A stretch of DNA of 60,816 bases, filler included, from 4 parts of 4 records of this genome joined end to end with filler, not necessarily neighbours in it, one strand, 5' to 3'. Counted from the whole stretch's first letter, positions 22,901 through 33,956 are shown. Notes: generated by a model not told the origin, from the letters alone. Made by a program: numbers and translations.

Positions 22901-25898
22901 GGTGTGGAAGCGACGATATGTGCGTGGCGCGCGCGAGTGCTCGCACTGCAGCGCCGCCGTGGAGGACCGCGCGGTCTGTTGGCGGCGCGGTCGGGTAAGA
23001 GACAGCGGGCGCGACCGCATGCAGCCACGCCGCGCGCACGCCGGTGAGAAAGCTCACGCGGTCAATGACGTCGCCAACTGTTGCTCCAGATGCCATTGTC
23101 GGCGAAAGCGCCGCTGTGCGCGCTGTATCAAGGTACACGGCAACACAGCCGTCCGGCACCCTGCTGGCGTCGCGCTCGCCGTCGCCGCCAGCGCCGGTCT
23201 CCGAGGAGATGAACGACGGTACAACGAGCCGCCGTACGCGCACCAACACCGCAACAGCATCCACATGCTCTGACAGCGGACAAAGGGGTTCGTCTGGCTG
23301 CGGCTGTGCCAGAGGCGCTGCTGCGTCTTGATCGTTTCGCACAGCGACCCGCAGCGCCGCGGCGGGGAGACCCGTCATGCGCGACAGCAGCTGCAACAGT
23401 GTGCGCGCGGTGATCCCTCTGGCAGCAGATATAATCTGCGTGAAGGGGATGAGGGTTCCGAACATGCAGTGGATCTCGATGCGCCCACTTCCCAGCCCGA
23501 ATGGCGCGTGCGCGTCGCCCGCGGCATCGTGCTCGGCATCGCCGCCACTGCTCGAGCGCCGTCGCAGCAGCGACGCGCCAAAGGCCCGCAGCTTCCCAAA
23601 CGCCGCGTGCCCGCCCCGGCGTCGCACACGCAGGTCGAGGTCCGAGACAGAGGGCACGCTGGCCACCGTGCTAGCGCTAGTGCTTGTACTTGCCGCATCG
23701 TCGCTACCGTCGCGCTCGCTTCCCTGCTCCATCATACGGTCGGAAGGCTGCGCCGCCGCCGCAGATTGCTCATCTCCGCCCTTGCGCGCCGCGTGCGGTC
23801 CGTGCGCGCGTCGCCACCGGTCGCGCGCCACGCGAACCGAAGGCGCTTCCTCGGGCAGCACGTCCGCAACAAGCGTGGTTGCGTGGGGAATCTGCGCCGC
23901 CGCGAGCGTCGCCTGGCTTGAGAGAGCGCGCGTCGCCACTCCTGCGCGAACGCCGATGCGCACGACGCGGGGCGAGGCGCCCAGCGCAGCCGAAGCCAGT
24001 AGCTCCAGCGCCGCCACGCGATCTGTTGGCGATGCAGCGACATGTGCACACAAGAGCTCGCCACTAGAGTTCTCGATACGAAGCGCAAGACGCTCGACCT
24101 GCGTGTCACCACCGTAGCCGAGACACAGCCCGTCATCCGACGTGCTGCTGTCGTCGCGCATTCCTACATGGTCGTCCCCATCGGCGCCGGCACGCCCGGC
24201 GCCCGCACCCGCGTGCAGGGCAAACGCCTCTCCTACCGCTTCCGCAGCGCTGGGGAGCATCGCGTGGCGCGCAAGGCCGCGCGCCGTGGTGAGCGGCAAC
24301 GCATCACCCAGGCGCTCGTCGATACGGTCGAACACGACATCGACAAGCGGAGCGACAAAAGCGCCAAGGCACCCGGCGAGTGTCACAGGGCCTGACGCGG
24401 GAACCGCGGCGCCGTCCGCGGCGCCCGCAGCGGCGATCGCGCCAGCGCTTGGCGCGTCGACGCCCTGGCGCACCGAAACGGTGACAAAGTAGCGCTGCCA
24501 CGGCGGTGGTGGAAGATCAGCATCGATATCTACCAGCACGACTTGCGCGTCCGGCGTGCACGCGTACCCGGCGACAACCATGGCGCACACGCGGCCCAAC
24601 GGCAGCGCGTGCGCGTCGCGCAGGGTCGTAATCGGCGCGACTGCCGCGTGGTGAGCGCGCACATCGGAGAACACCGGGGGATAGGCCTCGAGCAGCGATG
24701 TCCTTGCGGCGTCGGAAAGGAACAGGGCCGCATACGAGGACCGCACAAATACGTTGCGCATGTCGCGGGCACTGGTGCCTCCTCCGACTGCGACGGGGCC
24801 CATCGAAAGCATGCTGGCAGAGCCGTACAGGCTTCCCGGGTTGCCGCGGCGCAGGCGCCCACGGGCACCCGCAGCGAGAGCAGAGCGTGGGCCGCCGCTC
24901 TGCGGTGGCGTGCCAGCAGGAACGTCCATATCCGCACAGGAGCGCTGATGGGCGGCCGCAGCGCCACTGGTGACAGCAGCACGCAGACGACGACGTCGGG
25001 CTTCGCGCACCGTGACTGCTGTCGGCGTCGCACCCGTCGCCGCAGACAAGTGCGACAGCGTCGACGCGAGAGAGACAATGTCGTCCGCCGTTGCTGGTCC
25101 CGCGCCGCTATTTGAACTGCCGCCGGCGCTCGGATCCATGATTCCAACATGCACAGCATCTTCACGCAAGCGGAGTGCAGTCTCACTTACTGCAGTAAGC
25201 ACCGGCGGCCCGACAGCTTCGTCGTCATCATCAAGACCATCTGCTTCGTCGTCGCTGTTGTGCAGCACGCTGTCGCTCGCGGCGGGCTGATTTCCAACGC
25301 GTCGCACGCCGGACACGCCACCGTTGTGAACGAAGTGCGAAGCGTCGTTTGGAGAAAGTACCGCGCTCTCAATATGCACAGGAAGTGACTGGCTCACCAG
25401 AGCGTCTGGATCCTCTTCGCTAATGCTCATTGTGTTCGTAAGCGTAACGTCGTCGTACGAGCCATCGCCCAGCTGGGCGGAAACAGCGACACAGGGAGGA
25501 GCCTCGGTGCGGAACGCAGGCGCACCGCGCAGAGCTTCGGCGACCCCGCTCGCCGACATCGACCGTTGCCGTACATGGGCAAAAAATGGCGGAGGTGAGC
25601 CACGTGGAAGCGAGCGAGGGAGATCAAGGTCAAGCTCCGCATCAGTGGCTGCAGATCCCGCGGCATCGAGTCCACTCGAGTGCGAACCGGAGGGAGAGGA
25701 CGACGACGTAGCGCGTGCGCCGCGCGCGAGGTCGTTGTCCGCGTGGCCAACCGCGGAGTCTTCTCGCCCAGCTTCACCGGGCTTCATCGCGTGAATTCCC
25801 CCACGCTCAGCGGACGAAACGCTCTCGTGTGAACTCGTAGTTGTGGGAGCACCATCGGGTGCACGAGAAGCGACAGCACCGCTGCGCGCTTGGATCAT
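16963..25898 (-). CDS. Phosphatidylinositol-4-phosphate 5-kinase (type I PIP5K) with ~2000-aa multidomain N-terminal extension, ~2420 aa
   Basis: Exons 25898-19342, 19110-18995, 18648-18515, 18232-18027, 17576-17402, 17185-17123, 16974-16963 join in frame (7263 nt). Kinase motifs FEFKDYSPFVFRMIR, SPGKSGQAFYFSYDGRFVMK, YDLKGS, IMDYSML, YFLGIIDI and KKMET...ISAVDP..YAERF. Glu in the activation loop indicates type I. The start codon is uncertain. Confidence 0.88.
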
Positions 25899-26445
25899 GT
25901 TGTCTCCGACGCGAACACCCGCGCAGCTCGGGCAGAACACATACAAAGTGGTGCCCAACAAAAAAAAGCTGCGCGGCGTGATCGCGCTCGTCCTGACGAA
26001 AACTCGCAAATGATCCCCTTCAACGACGCGCCGAAATTTCGCGACAGCCGGTACCCTTAGCTACGAACGAATAAATCCAAAATCCCGCACGAATTTTTGT
26101 GTTTCCGCCGTACCACCAGGGATACAACCCGCTCTATATCTCTGATCGTCGGCAACAGCTGTGCAGCACCGGGAAGCACACGCGCAGCAACGACGTTTGT
26201 CAGTATCGAACAAGCGAGAGGGGGGAATTCCGGTACGTCGGGATCTGCACGCACAGACGCAGCTATTCCCAGAACGCAACGCCAATGTAATAGGCACACT
26301 ATGAAACGAAAGTGCTGTCGAAATGATTATTAGCCAACAAATGGCCGTACCGTCACCAATTGTGCGCAGCGGTCTACCAGCAGAAGCTCAAGGGCACCCT
26401 CGCGTGCAGCGCCCGACGCGAGGAAGGCACACAGCGCAGCACGAC

Positions 26446-26545
26446 NNNNNNNNNNNNNNNNNNNNNNNNNNNNNNNNNNNNNNNNNNNNTTAATTAATTA
26501 ANNNNNNNNNNNNNNNNNNNNNNNNNNNNNNNNNNNNNNNNNNNN
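26446..26545. other. Artificial contig spacer
   Basis: N44-TTAATTAATTAA-N44. Confidence 0.99.
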
Positions 26546-26546
26546 G

Positions 26547-27091
<545 letters not shown>

Positions 27092-27095
<4 letters not shown>

Positions 27096-28000
27096 GCCAG
27101 CCCGCGTCCTCTCGCAACGGCATCGCGGATATCCCCGCCGGACAGCTCCGCACCCGCGCCGAAGAGGCCGCCAGTGTCCTGCCGCCCCTGCTCGTGCAGG
27201 CGCAGCAGCTGGCGGGCGCGGTTCTGTTGGGGGAGCACGGACGCAGGCGCTCGGGCGTCGGCGATGACTTCTGGCAGTATCGCCCGGTGCAGCAGGGCGA
27301 CAGTCGCCGCATGATCGACCACCGCCGATCAGCCCGAGGCGATCAGCAATTTGTCCGCGAACGGGAATGGCAAATCGCTCAGACCGTTCACCTTTGGGTC
27401 GATCAGGGGCAATCCATGCGCTTTGCCTCTGATACAAACCTGCCGCGCAAGATCGACCGGGCCCGCCTGCTGTCATTGGCTGCAGCGGTGCTGATGATCC
27501 GTGGGGGCGAGCGTGTTGGCCTGACCGGCGGGCAGCTGCCGCCCCGCCGTGGCAATATGCAAATCCTGCGCATGGCACAGCATTTCACCGATGATGACGA
27601 TACCCCCTACGCCCCGCCAGAGCACAGGGCGCTGATCCCGCATGCCAGGGCGCTGTTTGTGTCCGATTTCCTCGGCCCGTTTGAGGAGTTGGAGATCGCG
27701 CTCACCAAGGCTGCGGATCGCGGGCTGCGCGGGGTACTGTTGCAGATCCTGGACCCCAGCGAAGAACTGTTCCCCTTTGCCGGGCGCACCCGCTTTGAAG
27801 GTCCGGGCAATGGCGTCACCCATGAAACACTGAAAGCCTCCGCCCTGCGCGACCGCTATCTGGAGCGCCTGGCTGAGCGGCGGGACGCGCTGGAGCGCCT
27901 GTGCCGCGCTGCGGGCTGGACACTGGGGCTGCATCATACCGGGGACAGCGCGCAATCTGGCCTGCTCTGGCTTTATCACGCATTGGAGCGACGCCAATGA
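27092..28000 (+). CDS. DUF58 (vWA-like) MoxR-associated protein
   Basis: [42 protein letters not shown]. Start overlaps the moxR stop (GTGA). Confidence 0.88.
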
Positions 28001-30759
28001 CCATGATCGCGGGCATAGGTTTTGCCAGTCCCTGGTTGCTGCTGGGGCTGTTGGTGCTGCCAATCCTGTGGCTGCTGCTGCGCGCCATCCCCCCCGCGCC
28101 AAAGCGGCAGCCGTTCCCTGCGGTGACGCTGCTTCTGGGGCTGAAGGATGACGAAAGCCTGTCGGATCGCACACCGTGGTGGCTTCTGCTGTTGCGGATG
28201 CTGGCGGTTGCGGCGGCGATCATTGGCCTCTCTGGTCCGGTCCTGAACCCGGTACAGGAACACGGCGGCTCCGGCCCCCTGCTGATCGTGATGGACTCGG
28301 GCTGGGGCGGAGCGCCAAATTGGGAGCAGAACCGCGCTCAGATCGAAGCGGAGCTCTCCGAAGCCGGGCGGGCGGGGCGCCCCGTCGCCATGCTGCGTCT
28401 CACCGCACCGGAACCGTTGCAGTTCCTCGCTGCCGCGCAATGGACCCGGCAGCTGGCAGGGATGACACCCGCGCCATGGGTCGCCGCCCCTGCTCAGGTG
28501 GCCACGGCCCTCGACGTGATTTCCGAGACCGACGGTGGTTTCGACACGCTCTGGCTCAGCGATGGGGTGGAAATGCAGGGCCGCAGCGATCTGGTCACCG
28601 CGCTGGCCGAACGTGGCGAAATTGATGTCTACGAAAGCGGCGCGCCGGTGATCGGCCTGCTGCCTGCCACATATGAAGATGGCCTGATCGTGCTCCACGC
28701 CGCGCGCAGCACGGCCGGTCTGACGCAAGAGGCCACGGTGCAGGCGCTTGGGCCTGACCCCAGCGGCACCGAACGCGCACTGGCCTCGGCTACGTTGGAG
28801 TTCGACGCGGCAGCGCATCATACCGAGGCGCAGCTGGCATTGCCGATGGAGCTGCGCGCCCGCATCAGCCGCTTTGAAATCCTCAACACCCGCTCTGCCG
28901 GGGCAGTCTCGCTGACCGATGATCGGCTGCGGCGACGCGAGGTTGCGCTGATCTCGGCCCAGAGCAGCGACGAGGGTCTCGCACTGCTGTCCCCTCTGCA
29001 TTATCTGCGTCAGGCGCTGGAGCCAACGGCGGAGCTGCTGGAAGGGGCGCTGTCGGACCTTCTGCCCGCCAACCCGGATGTGGTGGTGCTGGCCGATGTG
29101 GCCCGACTGGCCCCGGCACAGGAAAAAGCCCTGATCGACTGGGTGGATCAGGGCGGGCTGCTGCTGCGCTTTGCCGGGCCACGTCTGGCCGCCAGCGACA
29201 CCGCCCGCGACACCGAGGAGCCGCTGATGCCAGTGCGCCTGCGCATCGGCGGACGTAGCATCGGCGGCGCCATGAGCTGGGGCGAACCCAAGGCGCTGGC
29301 GCCCTTTGGCGAGGGCTCGCCCTTTTACGGGCTGGAGATCCCGCAGGAGGTCACGATCAGCTCGCAGGTGATGGCGCAGCCGGACCCCGAACTGGCCAGC
29401 CGTGTGGTGGCCGAGCTGAGTGACGGCACGCCACTGGTCACCCGCAAGCCGCTGGGTCAGGGGCAGGTCATCCTGTTCCATGTCACGGCCAATGCGGAAT
29501 GGAGCACACTGCCGCTGTCGGGCCTGTTCGTCGAGATGCTGGAGCGGCTCGCAGTCTCCTCCGCCGCCAAACCTCCGGTGGCCGCTGATCTGGAGGGCAC
29601 TACCTGGCAGGCCGCCGAGGTTCTTGATGGCTTTGGCCGCCTGACGGACGCCGACACGCTGGCCGGGGTCGCCGGGCCGGATCTGGTCGATGCGCCCTCT
29701 GGTCCCGAACTGCAACCGGGGCTTTATACCAGCGGCAGCCGTGCCTATGCCCGCAACGTCCTGCGGGAGGGCGATGATGTGCTGCCCACATCCTGGCCCG
29801 CGTCGGTGCCGGTGATGACTTATGAGGGGGCAGATGAACGGCCGCTTGGCGGTCTGCTGTTAGGTGCGGCGCTGGTGATGCTGGCGCTGGATATTGCCGC
29901 AGCGTTGCTGGTGTCCGGCCTCTGGTCACCTGCCCGTACGGCGGCAATATTCCTGATGAGTGGTCTCATGCTTGGGGTGCCGCAAGAGATGCTGGCCCAA
30001 TCGGTCCCCACCCCGACCGACCTTACCGCTGAGCTGACTTTGGCACATGTTCTGACCGGCGATGCCAAGACCGACCGCATTTCCTCCGAGGGGCTACAGG
30101 GGCTGAGCAACGTTCTGACCCTCCGCACGTCGATCGAGCCTGCACCGCCTTACGGCGTTGATCTGGAGACGGATGAGCTGGCGTTCTTTCCCTTCCTCTA
30201 CTGGCCAGTGACGGAAGGCCAGCCGCTGCCCTCCTCCGATGCCTATGCCAAGCTCAACGCCTATCTGCGCACCGGCGGCATGATCCTCTTTGACACCCGC
30301 GATGCGGATCTGGCGCAGGCCGGAGCCACCAGCAACGCGGCGCGGCGACTACAGCAACTGGCGCTGCCACTGGACATCCCGCCACTGGAGCCGTTGCCCG
30401 CCGACCACGTGCTGACCCGGGCCTTCTACCTGTTGCAGGATTTTCCTGGTCGTCATCCGCGTGGTCAGATCTGGGTCGAGGCCGCGCCCGAGGATGCCGA
30501 ACAGGTCGAGGGGCTGCCGTTTCGCAACCTCAACGACGGGGTGACACCGGTGGTCATCGGCGGCAACGACTGGGCCGCGGCCTGGGCGGTGGATCAAGAC
30601 AACGCCCCCCTTTACCCGGTCGGACGCGGCTTTGCCGGCGAACGGCAGCGGGAGTTGGCACGGCGCTTTGGCGTCAACCTGCTGATGCATGTGCTGACCG
30701 GCAACTACAAATCCGACCAGGTGCATGTGCCTGCACTGCTCGATCGATTGGGGCAATAG
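27997..30759 (+). CDS. BatA-like N-terminal double-TM / vWA-like / DUF4159 membrane protein
   Basis: FASPWLLLGLLVLPILWLLLRAIPP..FP...PWWLLLLRML (BatA-type). C-terminal LAFFPFLYWP, GGMILFD, NDWAAAWA, GNYKSDQVH (DUF4159). ATG overlaps the previous stop (ATGA). Confidence 0.85.
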   Translation: MTMIAGIGFASPWLLLGLLVLPILWLLLRAIPPAPKRQPFPAVTLLLGLKDDESLSDRTPWWLLLLRMLAVAAAIIGLSGPVLNPVQEHGGSGPLLIVMDSGWGGAPNWEQNRAQIEAELSEAGRAGRPVAMLRLTAPEPLQFLAAAQWTRQLAGMTPAPWVAAPAQVATALDVISETDGGFDTLWLSDGVEMQGRSDLVTALAERGEIDVYESGAPVIGLLPATYEDGLIVLHAARSTAGLTQEATVQALGPDPSGTERALASATLEFDAAAHHTEAQLALPMELRARISRFEILNTRSAGAVSLTDDRLRRREVALISAQSSDEGLALLSPLHYLRQALEPTAELLEGALSDLLPANPDVVVLADVARLAPAQEKALIDWVDQGGLLLRFAGPRLAASDTARDTEEPLMPVRLRIGGRSIGGAMSWGEPKALAPFGEGSPFYGLEIPQEVTISSQVMAQPDPELASRVVAELSDGTPLVTRKPLGQGQVILFHVTANAEWSTLPLSGLFVEMLERLAVSSAAKPPVAADLEGTTWQAAEVLDGFGRLTDADTLAGVAGPDLVDAPSGPELQPGLYTSGSRAYARNVLREGDDVLPTSWPASVPVMTYEGADERPLGGLLLGAALVMLALDIAAALLVSGLWSPARTAAIFLMSGLMLGVPQEMLAQSVPTPTDLTAELTLAHVLTGDAKTDRISSEGLQGLSNVLTLRTSIEPAPPYGVDLETDELAFFPFLYWPVTEGQPLPSSDAYAKLNAYLRTGGMILFDTRDADLAQAGATSNAARRLQQLALPLDIPPLEPLPADHVLTRAFYLLQDFPGRHPRGQIWVEAAPEDAEQVEGLPFRNLNDGVTPVVIGGNDWAAAWAVDQDNAPLYPVGRGFAGERQRELARRFGVNLLMHVLTGNYKSDQVHVPALLDRLGQ

Positions 30760-30804
30760 CGCCATGGTCCCCCTCCAATTCGCGCCGCAAGGAGCCCATC
30801 CGCA

Positions 30805-32847
30805 ATGACGCAATCCATCCTCTTCGACCCGCTGGTGCCCTGGCTGGTGCTGGCCGGTCTGGCCGGGCTGAGCACGCTGGCGCTGGGGCTGGCGATCTGG
30901 CGGCGGCTTGCAGGCTGGGCGCTGCGCGCGGGCGCAGCACTTGTGCTGCTGGTCGCGCTGGCTGGCCCGGTGATGCAGGTCGAAGACCGCAGCCCGCTCA
31001 GTGATATCGTCATCGTGGCTGAGGACCGCACCGCCAGCCAGCACCTGTCCGACCGCCCCGACCAGATGACGGTCGCGCGCGCCGAACTGGAGGCGGCGCT
31101 GGCCGGGCGCGCCAACACAGAGGTGCGCTGGATCACCGTGGAGGACAGCCCAGACGATGGCGGCACCCAGCTGATGGACGCGCTGACCCGAGCCCTGGCG
31201 GACGAGCCACGCGCCCGGGTGGCCGGGCTGATCGCGCTGTCCGACGGGCAAGTGCACGACATGGCCCGCGCGCCTGACCTGCCCGCACCGCTGCATCTGT
31301 TGATGACGGGCCGCTCGGACGACTGGGACCGCCGCCTGATCGTCAAGAACGCGCCCTCCTTCGGCATCATCGGCGAACCGATCACCCTGACGCTCCGGGT
31401 TGAGGATCAGGGCGCTGTGCCCGATGATGCGCGGCTGACGGAGTTGCAGATCTCCATCGATGGTGGCGAGGCGCAGACTTTCCGCCTGCCGGTGGGGGTC
31501 GATTTCGACCTGCCGCTGACCCTGCCCCATGGCGGGCGCAACGTGGTGGAGTTCCGCGTCCCCGAGGCCGAGGGCGAGCTGACCGCGCGCAACAATGCCG
31601 CCCTGTTGCAGATCAACGGCGTGCGGGACCGGCTGCGGGTGCTGCTGGTCTCCGGCGCGCCGCATCCGGGCGGGCGCACCTGGCGCAACCTGCTGAAATC
31701 CGACAGCGCCGTCGATCTGGTGCATTTCACCATCCTGCGGCCACCCGAAAAACAGGATGGTGTGCCGGTGGACGAGCTGTCGCTGATTGCCTTCCCAACC
31801 CGCGAACTGTTCCTGGAGAAGATCGAGGACTTCGACCTGATCATCTTTGACCGTTACAAGCGACGCGGCATCCTGCCCTCAGCCTATCTCGAGAATGTGG
31901 CCAACTACGTGCGCCGCGGTGGCGCGGTGCTGGTGGCGGCGGGGCCGGATTTCGCCAGCGCCGACAGTATTTTTCGCACACCGCTCGCGGAAGTTCTGCC
32001 TGCCAGCCCCTCGGCCCGCGTACTGGAAGAGCCCTATCGCCCCACCATCAGCGAGATCGGCCTGCAGCATCCCGTCACCGCAGAGCTGACCGGCGCAAAG
32101 GACTGGGGGCGCTGGATGCGGCAGGTGGAGCTGGACACCACCGGCGGCGCCACACTGATGCGCGGCATCGGCGAGCGTCCCCTGCTGACGCTGGACCGGG
32201 TGGAGGAGGGCCGTGTCGCGCTACTGGCCTCGGACCACGCCTGGCTGTGGAGCCGCGGTTATGAGGGCGGCGGTCCGCAGCTGGAACTGCTGCGCCGTCT
32301 CGCCCATTGGATGATGAAGGAGCCGGAGCTGGAAGAAGAGGTGCTCACCGCCGAGGCCACCGGCCAGCGCATGCGGATCCAGCGGCGCACGCTTGGGGAA
32401 ACCGTCGGCCCGGTGACGGTGACCGCCCCGGACGGCAGCACCTCGCAGGTTCGCTTGCGCGAGGCACGTCCGGGTCTCTGGGAGGGACGTTATGAAAGTG
32501 ATCAGATCGGCCTCTACCATCTGGCGGAGGGCGATGAGCGTGCGGTGATCGGTCTCGGCCCCGCCGCGCCCCGCGAGTTCGAACAGACCATCGCCACCGC
32601 CGATGTGATGTCGCCCTTGGTGCGCAGCCTGCGCGGCGGTGCTGTGGCGCTGGAGGATGGGCTGCCATCGTTGCGCAACATCCGCGAGGGGCGGCCCGCG
32701 GCGGGGCGTGGCTGGATTGGTCTGGTGCCGCGTGGCGCCTATGAGACCACTGCCGTGACCCAGTCGCCGCTGTTGCCCGCGTGGCTGTTGGTGCTGCTGG
32801 CCGCGTCACTGCTGATCGGCGCCTGGCTGCGCGAAGGGCGCAGCTGA
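30805..32847 (+). CDS. Membrane protein with vWA-like and GATase1-like domains (MoxR operon partner)
   Basis: Two N-terminal TM helices, EDRTAS...LSDGQ (MIDAS-like), RVLLVSGAPHPGGRTWRNLLKSD..VDLVHFTILRPPEKQD, FDLIIFD, and a C-terminal TM helix. Confidence 0.78.
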   Translation: MTQSILFDPLVPWLVLAGLAGLSTLALGLAIWRRLAGWALRAGAALVLLVALAGPVMQVEDRSPLSDIVIVAEDRTASQHLSDRPDQMTVARAELEAALAGRANTEVRWITVEDSPDDGGTQLMDALTRALADEPRARVAGLIALSDGQVHDMARAPDLPAPLHLLMTGRSDDWDRRLIVKNAPSFGIIGEPITLTLRVEDQGAVPDDARLTELQISIDGGEAQTFRLPVGVDFDLPLTLPHGGRNVVEFRVPEAEGELTARNNAALLQINGVRDRLRVLLVSGAPHPGGRTWRNLLKSDSAVDLVHFTILRPPEKQDGVPVDELSLIAFPTRELFLEKIEDFDLIIFDRYKRRGILPSAYLENVANYVRRGGAVLVAAGPDFASADSIFRTPLAEVLPASPSARVLEEPYRPTISEIGLQHPVTAELTGAKDWGRWMRQVELDTTGGATLMRGIGERPLLTLDRVEEGRVALLASDHAWLWSRGYEGGGPQLELLRRLAHWMMKEPELEEEVLTAEATGQRMRIQRRTLGETVGPVTVTAPDGSTSQVRLREARPGLWEGRYESDQIGLYHLAEGDERAVIGLGPAAPREFEQTIATADVMSPLVRSLRGGAVALEDGLPSLRNIREGRPAAGRGWIGLVPRGAYETTAVTQSPLLPAWLLVLLAASLLIGAWLREGRS

Positions 32848-32949
32848 CGTAACTCATGGGTCGCTTACGGACCTGAGCCTAAGTCGCGCGGTGTTAGAGC
32901 ACCTACGCCAGCGCTTGTGGCTTGAGTAATTTTTCACGCAGTGGGCCAA

Positions 32950-33005
32950 GCGCCGCGCCTTTGGCGCGGCGCGGGTCGCATCGGGCAAAGCCCGATGCGA
33001 AACCC
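32950..33005. repeat. Tandem GC-rich double hairpin (REP-like element or bidirectional terminator) between convergent operons
   Basis: gcgccgcgcc-ttt-ggcgcggcgc (32950-32972) followed by tcgcatcgggc-aaa-gcccgatgcga (32976-33000). Confidence 0.6.
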
Positions 33006-33063
33006 TTCGCTCCTCAGATGTTCTTGCAAACTGCCACAGGCAGGTGGGCTTGGACAATGTCCC

Positions 33064-33930
33064 TCAAGACGACGGCCCAAACAGCACCGACACCTCCGGG
33101 CTTCCCGGCAGGCCCTCGTAGCTCACCGTCGCACCGCCCTTGAGGCTGCCGGGTGGCACCAACGGTCCGAAAGAGCCCACCGAGACCAGATCGCCCGCCT
33201 TGAAGGTCACGCCAACCGCGTGCAGCCAGAGGATCGTCTCCGCCGGATGCCCCAGAACGGAGGTTCCAGGCGCGGAGAGCACGACTTCGCCCGCGCCATC
33301 GCGCAGCTGCACCTGCATCTCGGCCAGCGCCTTGGTCATTGCGGCGGCGTCCTCCACTGCGATCGCTGCGCCCAGAACCCCGCGTCGCGCGCCCACCCCC
33401 ATTGCGGTGATCGTTTCCGGCGTCATCGGCTGGCTTGGGTCCAGCGCCAGATCCGGCAGCTCGATGAAGGGGCGGATGCTGGCAATGTTCTGCATCACTT
33501 CCTCGCGCGTGGTGGAGGAGTTGACGGCAGAATCGCCGATCTCCAGCACCAGATCCGCCTCCACCATAGGCACCGCGCCCCAGGGCACGTCGAGCGTCGC
33601 GCCACTTTCCAGCATCATGTCACGATAAAGCACTCCCCGCACCGGCGCACTGGCGCCAAACCGCTCCTGCGCCGGGGTGCTGGTCAGCCCTGCCTTGTAG
33701 CCGATCACCGGCCCCAGATGCGCAGCCAAGGCATCACTCAAACGGGCTTGGGTGCAAAGTGCATCCACCATCGTGCCGCCCTGACCCAGTGCTTCGGTTG
33801 GACGATGATCCATGTAATCCGCCACAAACCGCGCCACCTCCTCGTCGCTGGCGCAATCGGCGGCAGCGCTGCCGGCCCCGACCATCCCCGCCGCGATCAG
33901 CGCCCAAATCCAATGTCCTGCCTGCTGCAT
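33064..33930 (-). CDS. 2-keto-4-pentenoate hydratase-like FAH-superfamily protein with predicted signal peptide
   Basis: GYKAGLTS, PVRGVL, VEADLV, IELPD, LGHP..ILWL, KAGDLVSVGSF. N-terminus MQQAGHWIWALIAAGMVGAGSAAA-D looks like a Sec signal. Confidence 0.8.
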   Translation of the reverse strand: MQQAGHWIWALIAAGMVGAGSAAADCASDEEVARFVADYMDHRPTEALGQGGTMVDALCTQARLSDALAAHLGPVIGYKAGLTSTPAQERFGASAPVRGVLYRDMMLESGATLDVPWGAVPMVEADLVLEIGDSAVNSSTTREEVMQNIASIRPFIELPDLALDPSQPMTPETITAMGVGARRGVLGAAIAVEDAAAMTKALAEMQVQLRDGAGEVVLSAPGTSVLGHPAETILWLHAVGVTFKAGDLVSVGSFGPLVPPGSLKGGATVSYEGLPGSPEVSVLFGPSS

Positions 33931-33956
33931 CCCGCTCGCCTCCTCTTTCGCTCGCG

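Noticed and set aside
19738-25794. Long antisense and alternative-frame ORFs over the PIP5K exon (for example 517 aa and 462 aa)
   Set aside because: Ala/Arg/Pro-rich shadow ORFs expected at very high GC, with no recognisable motifs.
32976-33000. Resemblance of the AAA/TTT-loop hairpins to parvoviral ITR arms
   Set aside because: No enclosing stem, Rep-binding repeats or rep gene. Short GC hairpins match by chance.
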